Assembly: GCF_018350175.1 (NCBI RefSeq)
Contig: NC_058368.1
Span: 132,868,001-132,932,000, forward strand
DNA length: 64,000 nt
Direction: 5' to 3'
From: Felis catus
Lineage: Eukaryota
This document shows, in pieces, positions 62,111 to 64,000 of the stretch. The translations under genes and the position numbers were made by a program. The notes below the pieces were generated by a model, which saw nothing but the letters and a program-made list of their open reading frames with translations, did no database searches and was not told where the DNA came from. Each line of letters opens with the position of its first letter. Position 1 is the stretch's first letter.

Positions 62111-62333
62111 TGCCCTTCTTTCTTTTGCTCTCTCATTTTTTGCATTCATTTTATCATTAAGTCCTGTTAGTGCCAAAATTTCTTTCAAATTCTTTATTTC
62201 TTTATCAGCAGTCATCACTGCCATTGGCTAAGGACAGATAAAGCTTTTTCATTAGGACTATTAGGATAGCTAGATCCCTTTCTGCCGGTTTCTTTCTCTT
62301 CCCATATATTCTTAATACCAGAGTTACCATTTT

Positions 62334-62552
62334 ATTTTTGTATTTTTTAAATGTTTATATATTTTTGAGAGATACAGCATGAGTGGGGGAGGGGCAGAGA
62401 GAGAGACAGAATCCAACGCAGGCTCCAGGTTCTGAGCTCTGAGCTGTCAGCACAGAGCCCAAACCTTGACACAGGGCTTGAACCCACGAACTGTGGGATC
62501 ATGACTTGAGCCGAAGTCAGATGCCCAACTGGCTGAGCCACCCAGGTGCCCC
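62334..62552 (-). mobile_element. CAN-SINE
   Basis: TSD ccagagtta(c/t)catttt. Confidence 0.92.
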
Positions 62553-62852
62553 CAGAGTTATCATTTTAAAAGATAATCTCATGTTGCGAGTTCCTGGCTT
62601 GGCAACGTCCAATAATGACCAACACATAATTTCCTACTCAGTCCAACCTAACTTTTCTGTCTCCTGCCAGTTATCTGAGCTCCAACTACATGGAGTTGAC
62701 ATGCTTTACATACCTTCTCTTATTTCCATGCTTTCCTCTGTTCAGAATGTCATTCCTGTCTTACTTCACCCTTCACTTCTCTTACTTCCACTTTTACTTT
62801 GTCTGACTATTCTAATTAGAAGTCTTTTTCCATTGTAGTACAGTCCTACAAA

Positions 62853-63167
62853 TGGGATTTGGCAAACTATGTATGGCCTGTGGCCTATATCTGGCCCACT
62901 GCCTGTCTTTTATATGGCTTGCAAGCTAAGAACAGCTTTTATGTTATTAAAGGGTTGAATAAAAATCAAAAGAATATTTCACAACATGTGAAAAATTAGG
63001 TGAAATTCAGTTTTTCTGGCACATAGCCACAGTCATTTGTTTACATGTTGTCTGTGGCAAAGTTGTGCTACAGTGACAGAGTTGGGTAGTTGAAGAGACC
63101 TTTAGGGCCCTTGAAGTGTAACATATTTATGATCTGGCATTTTTACTGAAATAGTTTGCTGACCCTA
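62853..63167 (+). mobile_element. MER58B-like hAT MITE
   Basis: ttggcaaactat...tctggcccactgcctgt...gcaagctaagaa...agccac...tcatttgtttaca...agtttgctgaccct. Confidence 0.75.
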
Positions 63168-63942
63168 GTCCATGTCTTTATTATGTCACTTGTGAGTACC
63201 TAAAAGTCTTAGCACTTTTAACAGAACAGTTTTTAAGAATTTTTGTTTATTTTCATCCTTAACTATGAATAATTTAACGTGCAAAAGATTTGTTTTTATA
63301 TAGAGAGTATGCGCATTGTTAAAATTTTTGTATAAATGTTTGTTCACTACCAGGTCCTCCTCCCTCCCCTGCACCCCCTTTCACTTAGTAGCACTCAGTG
63401 GCAGATAATCTGGGATAGTTGCCAAATATTAGAGAAAAATTCATGGAGATTAATAAAAAATTCTGTCTTCAAATTGGGCAAAAATTGCCATGAATTCATT
63501 TTAATAGAAGAATGCCTCAGTCCTTCTGATTCCTTGGAACCTGATAATTTTAGAATAAATTTGAGAAATTCAGAAGGGACTTTTTTTGGAGCACCTTCGC
63601 TAAACAAGTTTTTCTAAGACAGGGATTATGTTTTATTCATTTTTGTATTTGTAGCACTTGACATAGTAACAGCACATAGTAATCATTAATACACCTGAAT
63701 TAAGGCCTACCACAGAATTTTATCCCATAGCCATTCGACATATTGTTAATAATTACCATAGTTTTATTGCCATATCTTGAAAAATTTAAGTCATATACTA
63801 GTTTTAGTCAATATTACCATAAAAAAGTTTCATCCATGTTCTAAATATTCTTTTCTCTTTGAAGTTCTTATGAGTTAATATGTATTCATTTAAAGAAACC
63901 AAAATTTATTTAAATATTTTCTTTCTTTTTTCTTTACATTAG

Positions 63943-64000
63943 GAATCTGAAGAACTTTCTTCTGATGAAGAGATGAAAATGGCAGAGATGCGACCACCGT
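63943..64000 (+). CDS. ERBIN: ERBIN coding exon 17 (partial, runs off window)
   Basis: Long pyrimidine tract, cattag|GAA; ESEELSSDEEMKMAEMRPP continues the frame from the previous exon. Confidence 0.93.

Noticed and set aside
2807..62541. Many 60-150 aa ORFs of the type MAQSV..PTSAQVMIS..., or rich in ER/LS repeats
   Set aside because: They are translations of CAN-SINE bodies and their (CT)n/(GA)n tracts, not genes or a repeated protein family.
1343..62552. tRNA genes suggested by A/B-box-like motifs (tggctcagtcggt..., gagttcgagccc)
   Set aside because: These are tRNA-derived SINE heads followed by CT tracts and A-tails, not cloverleaf tRNA genes.

Overview
Mammalian genomic DNA, felid/feliform judging by about 50 CAN-SINE (SINEC_Fc-type) copies and young feline-type L1. 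The whole window lies inside one + strand gene, ERBIN (ERBB2IP, LAP family). I traced 17 coding exons from the ATG at 1116 to the window edge at 64000. All junctions are GT-AG, the phases match, and the spliced frame is intact: 1788 nt (596 aa) through the exon ending at 56257, then a partial exon. The exons encode the N-terminal Cys motif, the LRR array, the LAP-specific region and the start of the linker. The promoter, the upstream non-coding exons and the PDZ-encoding 3' exons are outside the window. The introns hold SINEs, L1 fragments of several ages, a solo LTR, old hAT/Tigger MITEs, L2/MIR relics and microsatellites. Almost all other ORFs in the six-frame track are repeat artefacts. I found no convincing novel biological system. 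The points worth checking are a young sense-strand L1 with a polyA signal, a target site used twice (triplicated TSD), inverted SINE pairs next to exons, a circRNA-prone exon pair and possible micro-inversions. Repeat family names come from my recall of consensus sequences, not a database search, and repeat boundaries are approximate.
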